Of a stretch of 64,000 nt of DNA, positions 52,853-64,000 are shown piece by piece. The translations under genes were made by a program, and so were the position numbers. The notes beneath the pieces were generated by a model. That model saw nothing but the letters and a program-made list of their open reading frames with translations, was not told the DNA's origin and ran no database searches. Each line of letters opens with the position of its first letter. Position 1 is the stretch's first letter. Source of the DNA: Octopus sinensis (taxonomy: Eukaryota); assembly GCF_006345805.1 (NCBI RefSeq), contig NC_042998.1, positions 126,852,001 through 126,916,000 on the forward strand, written 5' to 3'.

Positions 52853-53639
52853 TACAATGTGACAGCGCACATATATATGGCAGAGAAGAAGGGCGTAAAT
52901 ATATAAGGTACTGCTTAAGAGCGCTCCTTTTGATACAAGTCTGAGGAAGTGCCACTCTAATGTCTAAAACCGCAAATACTATGTAACTCTTACGTAAATT
53001 GGTGCTGAAAGCTTACGTAAACTAGTACAGAAACAATTGTAACTGATCATTAAAGATGCTTTAAAGTACTTCGTTGTCTTATTATTTGGGGTTCAGAGAG
53101 CTCAGCAAGAATTTGAGAGGTGCAAGGGATCGATTTCCTATGGAGGTATGCTGGCCACTTTCCCTCCGTCTTCTATAGAGTATTTACCAGGTTCTCTAAG
53201 GTGTCCTCACAGCCTTCCTGCGTTCGCAAATTTCTTTATTTTGTGTGTATATATATATATATAATTGATGAGGAAAGCGGAAAATGGATTTGGTAGGAAC
53301 TTTTCTTCAACATGACGGTCGTTTCGACTTAGCCTGCATTTGTCCCTTACGGTCATTGTGCATGTAGTTGTGTCGCATCAGTCAGTGCATTCTGTATCAT
53401 CTTAGGTGTTTGGTGTAAAAAAGATATCCTACTACATATACTGAATTCCTCTTGGCATGTTTTACTCGCTCGTAGTATAAGGGTTCACTTATCACTAACA
53501 AACTAAACGAACACTGCGGAATTCCCGACGCAGGTCCAGTAATAATGACACTGCATTCTAAATTCCAATAATGGAACTTTATATCTTAATTAGGAAGAAA
53601 CCCTGTACTCAAATATGAATTTAATATAATATACTTTCA

Positions 53640-53765
53640 TGTATGTATGTATGTATGTATGTATGTACGTATGTATGTATGTATGTATGTATGTATGTAT
53701 GTATGTATGTATGTATGTATATGTATGTATGTATGAACGAATGTATGTATGCTTGTATCTGTCTG

Positions 53766-53806
<41 letters not shown>

Positions 53807-54085
53807 ATATCTATCTATCTATCTATCTATCTGTTTGTCGGTCTATTTTTCTGCCTATCTATATTTCGCACACTTTTCTAAAATCAAATACATGAAATTG
53901 TATGTATGTATGTATGTATGTATGTATGTATGTATGTATGTATGTATGTATGTATGTATGTATGTATGTATGTATGTATGTATGTATGTATGTATGTATG
54001 TATGTATGTATGTATGTATGTGTGTGTGTATGTATGTATGTATGTATGTATGTATGTATGTATGTATGTATGTATGTATGTTTGT
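53640..54085. repeat. (TATG)n / (TCTA)n tetranucleotide arrays
   Basis: Direct reading. Similar arrays at 625-720 (TTTC), 12343-12450 and 13618-13702 (TCTA), 34885-34990 (TACA), 35295-35480 (TTG/TTC), and long (TA)n at 25745-25980, 28320-28522 and 49823-49917. Confidence 0.95.
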
Positions 54086-54693
54086 ATGTATGCATGTATA
54101 TATTTGTCGCAGAGAGACGAAGATATGAACAAATACGTACATGTATTTATATAAGTATTCGTGTGTGTGTGTTTATGTGTGGGTGAGTGTATTTATGTAT
54201 GATCCATATATGTAGACCGATGGAAGAATTACTTCAAAAGAATCCGATAGACAGTTGTCATAAAAATAAGAAAGCGCATAGAAATGACATATTATCTGTG
54301 CGGAATACAAGTTTAAAAGTTGAAGTTAAAGAAATACATGATGTCATTCAAGAAATAAAATTCAAGCAAACATGCAAGGATTATATGTATAGAACACATA
54401 TAAATTATAAAACATCGAAGAGCAAAATATAAAAAAAATATGCACAAAAACAACTCCTGCTGGCGAACACTCACAGAAGTGGTCTCGTTTATAAGATTAT
54501 CAAAAGAATGAAAAATACTAAGAGTTATCTTAGACAGCAAGTCGATATTTACCCAAGGAACTATGGTTACCTTGAAGTAAAATGTTGGTAAGAGTTTATA
54601 AGGTATGAAACTAATGATATGAATAGCGAGATAACATGAAAGTAATATGTATGTATGTATGAACACACATACGTATGTATGTATGCATGTATG

Positions 54694-54789
<96 letters not shown>

Positions 54790-54808
54790 CTGTGCCTGTG
54801 TGTGTGTC

Positions 54809-54915
<107 letters not shown>

Positions 54916-54934
54916 CTGTGCCTGTGTGTGTGTC

Positions 54935-54994
<60 letters not shown>

Positions 54995-55653
54995 CATACA
55001 CACATATACATACATATATATTATATGTGTGTCTGTGTTTGTGTGTTTGTGTATGAAGAGTGTGAGTCGATAAGCAAAACGAAAAATAATCCAAGATAAA
55101 GAAGCAAACTGTGAATAAAAAATAAAAATAAAAATAAAAATAAAATGGAAATAGTGAAGCAACGCAAGTACTAAAAAATATTCACATATGTATATACATA
55201 CGTGTAAATGTATGTTTACACACACACAGACACAGACACACACACACACACACATGTATATATAGTATGAGTATTTAGTGATAAAATTACCGTGGTAGCT
55301 CTCAGATATGTTCCAGGTTACGGCTAACCTCATCAAATAGTAACAAGCGTCAATGATCGCTTAGAGTTGCAATCACGCTGTAATTCTTCTGACAGGTAAT
55401 ACCGGGTTCGCTTCCCTGGATTATGAATATTAATCAGGAATTTGAATTTCAAACAATCATCAAGAATAGGGAGACTAGTACATCGACATTCTTTTCTTTT
55501 ACGTTTGCAAAGACCGACACGTGTTTCTGCCGTACAGACTATGTGCAGTTGCACATCCAGCCCAGCATAATCTTCTGTGCACCTCCATTCAGGGTCCTTT
55601 AACAATCGCGGGTCGGAGCGAACTGTGTTAATTTCTGGTTAGTTTAAAACGTG

Positions 55654-55910
55654 AAGGCGCATGGCTTAGTGGTTAGGATAATTGGATCACGATCGTCCGA
55701 TTTCTGGCAGTGCGTTGTGTCCTTGAGCAAGACACTTTGTTCCACGTTGCTCCAGTCCACTCAGATGGCAAAAATGAGTTGTACCTGTAATTCAAAGGGC
55801 TGGCCTTGTCACAGTCTCTCTCCCTGAGAAACTTCCACGTTAATTTTACGAACAAGCTGTTCTGTTGCTCGTATCACCTGGAACCCTCGTCATCGTAACC
55901 GATGAAGTGC
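55654..55910 (+). mobile_element. tRNA-derived SINE family S4 (tail also at about 5375-5460, 28003-28050, 28524-28640)
   Basis: GGCGCATGGCTTAGTGGTTAG A-box, TTGTGTCCTTGAGCAAGACACTT core, tail CACGTTAATTT.ACGA.CA.GCTGTTC...CTGGAACCCTCG. Confidence 0.72.
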
Positions 55911-56786
55911 TGGAGTAAGATACCTAGTCAAATGATGCGGATGGTTGTGTGTCGGGGTGGGTATGTTAAAATCCGATATGGCTATAAAGTCTAGTTTTAG
56001 GCTTACCTCAACAGAGCGGAAATTGAGTGTTTAATGTAAGTTAAGTTAGGTAAGAGCCTAACTGAGAGTTCTAAAAGGCTCTTCCCATGGTTAAAAGAGA
56101 TTGAATAGAGTTTATGTTTAATATGGTTACATCGACAGAATTCCATAAATATATTTTATAATTGTTCACTTTTTAGTTGATTTTTAGGTTATTCGTAATT
56201 TTCCATGCGAAAAAGGGAAAATATTCTAAGCTAGTGATATTCATGATATTTAGTTGAACGTTAAGCCAGATAGGATCATTTCCGCTTTGTATATAGGGTA
56301 TCAACTTAACCGATATCTACATGAAAATGCTTAACGTTTTTGCATATCATAATATCTCAAGGCTCGTTCTAGTCAACTGGTATGTAATTGGTGTTTCGAT
56401 GTAAAAAATCTGGTACATTCTATCTATACAGAACTTCCATTTCTTTTCCCTATTCTATATGGCATACCTGTACTGGTTTTATCCACTTCTATACTAAAGT
56501 TAGCGTTTCTGTTTTTAGGCGATCAGATAAACTTGCTCAAGCTAGTGCTGTTCATCTTATATCCTTAAATGAATTTATGCGATTTGCCAGTCTCAATTTA
56601 AAGCTGGTCGAGAGTGCCCCCTATACAGAAGTAGGAATTTGTATCCGATGTAATTTTACATCGATATACTAAATTCTACCTAAAACATTGAGCAACTAAA
56701 GGGCAGATTTTTATTTTCCACAATTACAGAGACTTCCATCCTTGCTATCAGTACCTATGTTAGTGGTGCTCGTATTAGATATCTTC

Positions 56787-56842
56787 CCTGCTTGTATATC
56801 TATTGGTCTACTATCCTGCTTGTATATCTATTGGTCTACTAT
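56787..56842. repeat. Perfect 28-bp tandem duplication
   Basis: CCTGCTTGTATATCTATTGGTCTACTAT x2. Confidence 0.9.
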
Positions 56843-57275
56843 CATTTATATTCTGGCTACTGTCTTGGTTTCCATGCTGTTATTTCTAGCGATTGGACCT
56901 GTCGGGATTGAGGTCGTGGCGGTTGCGTTTCCTGCGCTACATCTCGGTTCTCTGACGCTATCTTTTACTCGATTGTATTTAATCGTAGTGTTTGTGATCG
57001 AGCTCCATTGGCTACTAAATATTCCGGACATATATTTTTGGTTTCTACCATTAGAGTTCCTGCTATTAAAGACATTTCCTTAGTATTAGTATCACCGACT
57101 CTCCGGAAATCAGACAGTCTCTTGGTGTCGTGTGCTGCTATTATTTGTGCCATGTTGTTGCTAGCAGTGAATGAGAGCCTATATTGTGCCTGTTAAATAT
57201 ATAAAAGATATTTATTCGATTTAGGAAAGTATCTACCTATTGCGTTGAAATACACACACACACACACACACTCAC

Positions 57276-57311
<36 letters not shown>

Positions 57312-57404
57312 ATGCCTGATTTACAGTTCATTTAGCGAACTTTTATTGTTTAAATTATCCTCAACAATTTTAGATGTATACACTCATATAAGAACACACT
57401 GGCA

Positions 57405-57985
57405 CACAGACAAATGCACTGCAGTTACTGTGGAAAAAAAGTCTCTCTTATGGTAAAAAGGTGTGAAAACATCCGGTTCGTTCAGTGTAGCCATCTATTA
57501 GGAATTCCAGACATCGATGTTTGAAGGTTTTGACCCTTGTGGATGACATTTACCTAAGAGAGGCAACTCTGAATGAACTTAATAAAGCCGTAGCTTTATA
57601 TATAATTCAACTAACACGTTGACTGATTTATGCAAGTAGATCACCCGACCGAGGTAAATAACGAAATGTCAGCGCGAAGCAGTGCGTAAGTATAAATAGA
57701 ATTAGGTAAGTTGAAATATGTTTATCACATATTTCAACAGCTAAAAGGCAATTGCACAGTAGTTACTGTGGAGAAAAAAATCTCTTATGGTAAAAAAAAC
57801 TCGAAGCATCGATATCTGGAATTTCTAATAGAAGGCAACACTGAACGAACCGGATGTTTTCACACCTTTTTACCATAAGAGAGATATTTTCTCGATGGTA
57901 ACGGCAGTGTATTCGCCTTTTGGCACTTGAAGTATGTGACAAACATGTTTCAACTTACCTAATTCTGCTTGACGCTGACACATCA
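57405..57985. repeat. Rearranged inverted and direct repeats of a unit of about 180 bp
   Basis: 57800-57982 (reverse) matches 57665-57797 and 57421-57525 (forward). Confidence 0.8.
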
Positions 57986-58029
57986 TTATATATATGTAAC
58001 ACTCACATACACACAGAACTTAGCCAGTT

Positions 58030-58560
58030 ACTGTGCTTTCATTTGTAGTGTTTTTGAGCCAGCTCGCTACACTCACTGACAACATGTGAGATTGTTTCAT
58101 TTTTGCTGCCACACATCCTACAAAGGGGCGACTGACCACTCTTATCTAATTGGAACTTGGTGTAATTAATTCTCATAGCTTCTTCCTGGGCAGTGCATAT
58201 TAATACCTCACTGCATCCTTTCAGATAATTTTTTCTTAGCCACCGCCAAGTGCTGGTCTTTTATTTTCCTTCGATTTCTTTGAGATATTGCCTATGTGTT
58301 GTTCTCATTTACAGTTGTTTATTCTTTGTTCTTCGTCATGTTTCTTAAATGTTTTTCGGTGCGTCACATTTTCGGTAGGTATCGTGTTGTCATTTCTAAC
58401 AACGGTTCATTCTGTTGTTTCACGCACCATTTTCCGTGTTGACAACACAGATATTGCATTCTATGGTCCTAGCCACATACGGCCTATCGACATAGCTTTT
58501 AGGGTGCAGTTTCTTGTTCTTTGTCATCATTTTCCTGTTTTTTTTCTACCCATTTCCTCA
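58030..58560 (-). mobile_element. Degraded internal fragment of a third R4/Dong-type family
   Basis: Hand translation: KLHPKSYVDRPYVAR (cf. HPKAD.ERLY.PR) and TWRWLRKNYLKGCSEVLICTAQEEAMRINY...SPLCRMCGSKNETISHVVSECSELAQKHYK (CxxC...H...C knuckle). Not represented in the ORF track. Confidence 0.85.
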
Positions 58561-58805
58561 AGTCGTTCTTTGTCCGCTTAACAACATCTACACCGTCGTT
58601 ATTACCATCATTGTTATTACCACTGCTATCTTAACCGGCAAGGGCTTAATCAGCTGCACAACTAATAAAGAGTTTGGTATTTGGATAGCCGTTGACTCCT
58701 CACTTCATCCGCTCTTAGACACGTATTATAGTTCATCCTGTAGAATGATTAAATAGTAAGAAAAACACCTTCCTCACAAAGCAATATTATTATTATTATT
58801 ATTAT

Positions 58806-61800
58806 ATGTTTGACTTTTGCTTTATATTTGTACAAGTTGTCTCCAAGTCTCACCCAGAGACCTCAAGAGACAACAGGGTTGGAAGTTCATGTTGTTGTTA
58901 TACCTAGTGTGCCATATATTTGGGGTTTGTTGGTGTTGTACTAATGAATGTCTAGAAATTTTTTTTTTTTTTTTTTTTAACCGAAAATTATGTTTGTTTT
59001 AAACCTTGAGATTACATAGAAAGTATTTTGCGTAGGATATGAGCAGTTCCCATGAGCACTATCTTTTGAATTTCTGCTATTTTTGGGTTTCCTGGTATCT
59101 GAGTTAGGTAGCTATCTGCCCCTTTTGCTATCATTCCCAGGGCACCTATGACAACAGGTATTGTTTTAGTCTTCAGCTTCCACATTTTGCTGATTTCTAT
59201 TTCAAGATCTTTATATTTGCTCAGTTTTTGGTAGGTCTTGACAGATACGTTTATATCGATTGGGACAGTCATATCAATGAGGAGGCATGTTCTTTGTTTG
59301 AAGTCTTTCAATATGATGTCTGGCCTATTTGCATCTATCTTTCTGTCAGTTTGAATGGCGAAGTTTCAGAGGAGTGAGATGTGGTCATTTTCAAGCACTG
59401 GGGGTGGTTTGTGTTCCCACCAGTTTTTTTCATGGGGCAAATCCAGGTTTTTACAGATTACCCAGTGAATATATTGTGCAGCTCTATCGTGCCTGTTGAG
59501 ATACTCTGTAGGCGCTAGAAGACTGCACTTGGAGACCACATGGTCAATGGTTTCATTTTGTTGCTTGCATACACGACACGTTGGACTGCTTCTGATCTTT
59601 AATATGTTGGCCTGGTAGTTTCTTGTTGGTAGGCATTGATCTTGAGCTGCTATGATAAACCCCTCTGTTTCAGATTTTAAGCCAGAGGCCATTAGCCATT
59701 GATAGGTCAGGGCTTTGTCAACATCTGCATTATTTGCTCTCTTTGGGTATTTGCCATAGAAAGGTTTTTCTTGCCATTTATCATTCAGAATATCTAAGGC
59801 TGCAGATTTAGCACGGGTTTTCATGCGCTTAGCTTTTTCTGTGCCTGTTTCTTGTATGTCTATTTCTAATTCCGAAATTTGTTGTATTCGGAATTCACTT
59901 AGGTATTCCTTTGCCTGTTTTGTTACTGAGTATGATGCTTTCTTGTTTTCATGTTTTGAGACAAGTTTTAACATCCAGTCCTCAGAGTTTTTCAGGTAGG
60001 TGTCTAGGCCAATTGTAGCAATCTTCATTGTTATTGCCAGTTGTAAAAGTCCACGGCCTCCCTCTTTTCTTGGCAGATAAAGTCGTTCTGTGTCTGCCTT
60101 AGGGTGGTGCATTCTATGCATTGTCAACAGTTTTCGTATTTTTCTGTCAAGATTACATATTTCAGTAATTGACCAGTTAACGATACTGAAACTGTAAGTC
60201 ACGACTGGTATGGCTAATGCATTGATCGCTTCGATCCTGTTTCTCGCATTCAGCTCTGTCTTGAGTATTGCTCTTACTCTGCGATAGCATTCTCTCCTGA
60301 TCCTTTCCTTCATCTCTGAATGCCTTATTCCTTCTCCTTCAATTACCCCTAGATACTTGTAGTTCTCTGCTGGGTCTAATTCTTTTATGACATTCTGCTG
60401 GTCAAGGTTAATGTTAGATGTTTCTGTCATTTTTTCTTTGATAAAGGTAGCTTTTGCGCATTTATCGAGGCCAAATTGCATTCTGATGTCATCACTGAAT
60501 TGTTTGACAATCGCTAGTAAGCCCTTGAGTTGTTGGTCATTTTTTGCAAAGAGCTTTAAATCATCCATGTAAATGAGATGATTTATATTTTTATCAAACA
60601 TTTTATATCCGTACTGCGCATCATTGAGCAGTTTTGAGAGAGGTATTAAGGCTAAACAGAAGAGGAGCGGTGATAGTGAGTCACCCTGGAAAATTCCACA
60701 TGAAATTTTTACATCACCAGCATTTAGAGATTCATTGTCACTGTTCAAAGTTAGTGTGGTTCTCCATGATCTCATACTTGCAGACAAAAATTTTCGCAGA
60801 GCAGGTGCTATCTTATACATTTCTAGGCATTTATTAATCCAGCTATGTGGTAGGCTATCAAAAGCCTTTTTATAGTCTATCCAGGCTATTGATAAGTTTT
60901 TGTGTCGTTTGTGACAATCTTCTAAGATCATCTTATTGATGAGTAGTTGATCTTTACAACCGTAGGATCCATGTTTACATCCTTTCTGTTCATTAGGGAA
61001 TATGCTGCTGTCTGTCAAAAAACTATAGGTATATTCCGTCAGGACAGATGTTAGTGTTTTATACATAGTTGTTAAGCAGGTTATGGGTCTATAGTTTTTG
61101 GGTTCATTTGTTTCTTCACTTTTTGGAAGCAGGAATGTTAACCCATTAACTAACCAAGGAGGCATCCTACTAGGGTGTTGCAAAACATCATTGTAAAGTT
61201 CTGCTAGCAGTTCATGGCTCTCTGGGAAGGCATTCAACCAAAAGTTAGGGATTTTATCCTTTCCTGGAGACTTCCATTTGCTTGACCTCCTGAGAGCAGA
61301 TCTTATATCTTCTACCTTGACACCCTCCCACTTTTGCTCTTCTAAGGAGTCCAGTTCTTTAGATATTCTATCAACCAGGGGGCCTTTTCGCTGTGTGTTT
61401 TTTCTTCTGCCCAAATTTTATTCCAAAATCCCTGCACTTCTTCTTTTGATGGTACAGACTTTACAGTAACTGTTGTTTTTCCTATCTTCCTGTAAAAATG
61501 TTTGGGGTTATTTTTGAACATGTTGTTGTCCCTGTAGAATCTAATACGCTTTTCATACCTCGCTATGCGGGCAGCTTTAGCAGATACCTTTTGCTTGATG
61601 GTTTCTATGGTGGCATCAATATCAAGTATAGTTTTCATATTATATTTTTTCATTAGTTTTTGGGTTTTTGCAGGTTTGGTAGTCTTATGAACCTTAAGGT
61701 TTTTCAAATATTCAATGTCAGATCTAAATAGTTTAATTTGTTGTTGCAAACGCTCTTGCCAAGAAGGCTTTTTGTGGAAATGTTGCCGTTTTCTAATCTT

Positions 61801-62850
61801 TTCACCACATAGGATCGTTGAGATTTTCGCGGATGCATAGTATAGGTGGTTGAGATCTGTGATATCAACATTAGCTGAAATTATATCCTTAAGTGCAAGC
61901 CGGATTTTACCAATTATTTTCATGTTTTGGTTAGATTTGCGTATTTTAGGGAGTGTATCACGTTCATCCATACTGGTTTCTTTAATTTTCATCCATTCAA
62001 TCATGATTTGACTTTTTAGCTCATGTAGTTCTGTCGGGTCAATATTTGTGTGACTTTCTTCATCTATTTGATGTTCATCTGTCTTAGTGTTTATATTTGG
62101 TTCAGGGAGTATTTCACTTTGCCTATCACTTATACTAACTCTTTCAATCCTTACTTCGTTTGTATTAGCTCTGAGCTGGTCTATAATTATTTCCTCTGTA
62201 TTATCTTCTTTAGCTGCAGCTTCGTTCATTCTATCCGTTACTGCTTGTTTAATTTGATCAGTCTCTACTTCAGTCAGTAATTTTTTTTTTATAATGTTTC
62301 TTCTGACGTTGGCAAGTTTGTTACTGTCTATGTAGGGTCTTACTTCAGGGTGTTTCTGTCTCCAGTTTATGTAGGCTTGTATAGTGTTCGATTTATCTGT
62401 GGGGAAATATATGGCATGATAGAAGGCTGCAAGAACTTCTTTATTATCTTCCCTAGTCCATTTTTCCTTCTTTTTCTTTTGAGTGTTTGGTGACGAGCAT
62501 GGATGGCCATCTGTTGGAATATTCCAGTTGCGGGGTACGTCCAGCTCCTGTGTGTCGGGAAGATTTGATCCAGTAGCTGATTTTTCAATCAGACTTTGGT
62601 GCAATTTTCGGGTACGTGGTCTTTTGTAATCCGCGTAATGACCAATGCGGTTTATTGTTTGATTTGTTGACCTTGAAGCATGACGAGCTTCGACTCTTAC
62701 ATTAAGAGACGGATCTGTCAGTTTAGGATTTTCTGCACGTAAACATTGTTCGTAGCGTAGTTTCCTAAGGCTAGCAGATCTGTATTCGTCTGTATTTTTT
62801 GTTGTTGATAGTTTTATCTCCGGGCATAGTTTTCCCTTCTTTTTATTTAT
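58806..62850 (-). mobile_element. Near full-length R4/Dong-type RLE non-LTR retrotransposon (single ORF of about 1270 aa, 2-3 lesions)
   Basis: N-terminal KWTREDN domain; RT motifs WKSPGKDKI, YRPITCL, WIDYKKAFD, GIFQGDSLSPLLF, HLIYMDDLKL; CRVC...HVVSKC knuckle; NRPDII...LLID RLE. One-base frameshift near 61375 (KAPWL/DRISK); in-frame TGA at 59366-59368 replacing the W of LLW(D/N)F. 3' UTR ends in (TAA)7. The 5' boundary is uncertain (62850-62965). Confidence 0.95.
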
Positions 62851-63589
62851 TTATTCATTTATTTCTCTAAACTTATGAAAGGTTCACTCTCGCTGTATTA
62901 GTTCGAAAAAATGAGAATAAAATACGAGAAAAAAAAAATAATAAACAAATATAAAATAAGAATTATCATCATCACTGTCATCACTGTCATCATCATCATC
63001 ATCATCAATGACATTGTTTTATGTGTAGTCACAGCGGTAGCTTATTATTATTATTATTCTCACTATCACCATCACCACGGTAGAGTGGTCATGTTCTATA
63101 AATAGATTCATCAGATGGTGGACAAAGGACATTTTGGGTCAGGAAAAGGTCAAATCTGTTTACTAGTACCAGCGTTATCTTGAAAAGCAATCCAGCTATA
63201 TATATATACCTATACACATATGTATATATATATGTATATTCACATACGCATATTTTCTGATATTCACTCGATAATTTTTTTTTTCCTTTTAATTTCTGAG
63301 TTCAATTGTGTTTGGAAAAAAAAAAAAAGATTTTTGCAAAGGGAAGAATGTTTACATTTTCGAATGCTCAGAAAATTTTTCTTTTCTTTTTAAAAGTTTA
63401 AAAGTTATGCTGTGGTTTACAGTTTTTGTAGTTGTGCAGTGTATATATATTGGTATACGCTTACTTCCATAGTTTTTTATCGTGCATTTAATTGTGTTGT
63501 TACAATAAAAGGAAATTATTATTATTATTATTATTATCATTATTATTATTATTATTATTATTGTTGTTGTTGTTGTTGTTGTTATCATT

Positions 63590-64000
63590 TCAAAGGTGGC
63601 GGGCTGACAGAATCGTTAGGAGGCCGGGCGAAATGATCAGTAGTATTTCGTCTCTCGCTACGTTTTGAGTTCAAATTCTGCCGAGGTTGAATTTGCTTTT
63701 CATCATTTCGGGGTCGATAAAATAAGTACCAATTGAGTACTGGGGCCGAAGCAGTCGACTTACTCCCTCCCAGATATTGCTGACTTGGAAATCATTATTA
63801 TTATTATTATTATTATCATTATTATTATTATTATTATTATTGCTTAACGGTAATGTAATCGAGTTACCCCTCCCCCCAAATTTCAGGTCTTGTGCCTATG
63901 GTAGAAAAATTATTATTACTATTGAATCATTATAATTATTATTATTAGAGCAGTGAGCTAGCAGAATGGTTGGCACACCGGGCTAAACGCTTAGTGGCAT
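63590..64000 (+). mobile_element. Cluster of SINE S1 pieces in (TTA)n
   Basis: Copy 63590-63792, tail fragment about 63850-63915, new head from about 63948. Confidence 0.8.

Noticed and set aside
56700-57200. GC-elevated segment with short ORFs (MAQIIAAHDTKRL...)
   Set aside because: No recognisable motif; may be a retroelement N-terminus but is unsupported.

Overview
This is an AT-rich, microsatellite-saturated eukaryotic window. The SINE families and simple-repeat landscape suggest an octopus (coleoid cephalopod); that is an inference. The only host gene is the 3' end of an HSPA12 (atypical Hsp70) gene on the + strand: three coding exons (870-1038, 18390-18518, 25138-25610) splice in frame across introns of about 17.4 kb and 6.6 kb. 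The rest is transposon-derived. It includes a near-intact R4/Dong-type RLE retrotransposon (58806-62850, -) plus two fragments of related families, and a GC-rich Neptune-type Penelope-like element (about 43862-49822, -) whose 3' region holds about 2.6 kb of CA-rich repeat and ends in a minimal hammerhead motif. There are also a DD37E/TRT-like Tc1 element with long IR/DR termini, a second Tc1 relic, RTE, CR1 and Tx1-like fragments, MITEs, many tRNA-derived SINEs, and several fold-back structures. The most interesting signals are RNA-structure ones: a PLE hammerhead pair, a multi-stem motif in an RTE 5' UTR, and a compensatorily conserved R4 3' UTR stem-loop. No prokaryotic features, CRISPR arrays, rRNA or true tRNA genes were seen. 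Most ORF-track entries are simple-repeat artefacts. All coordinates and alignments were made by eye.
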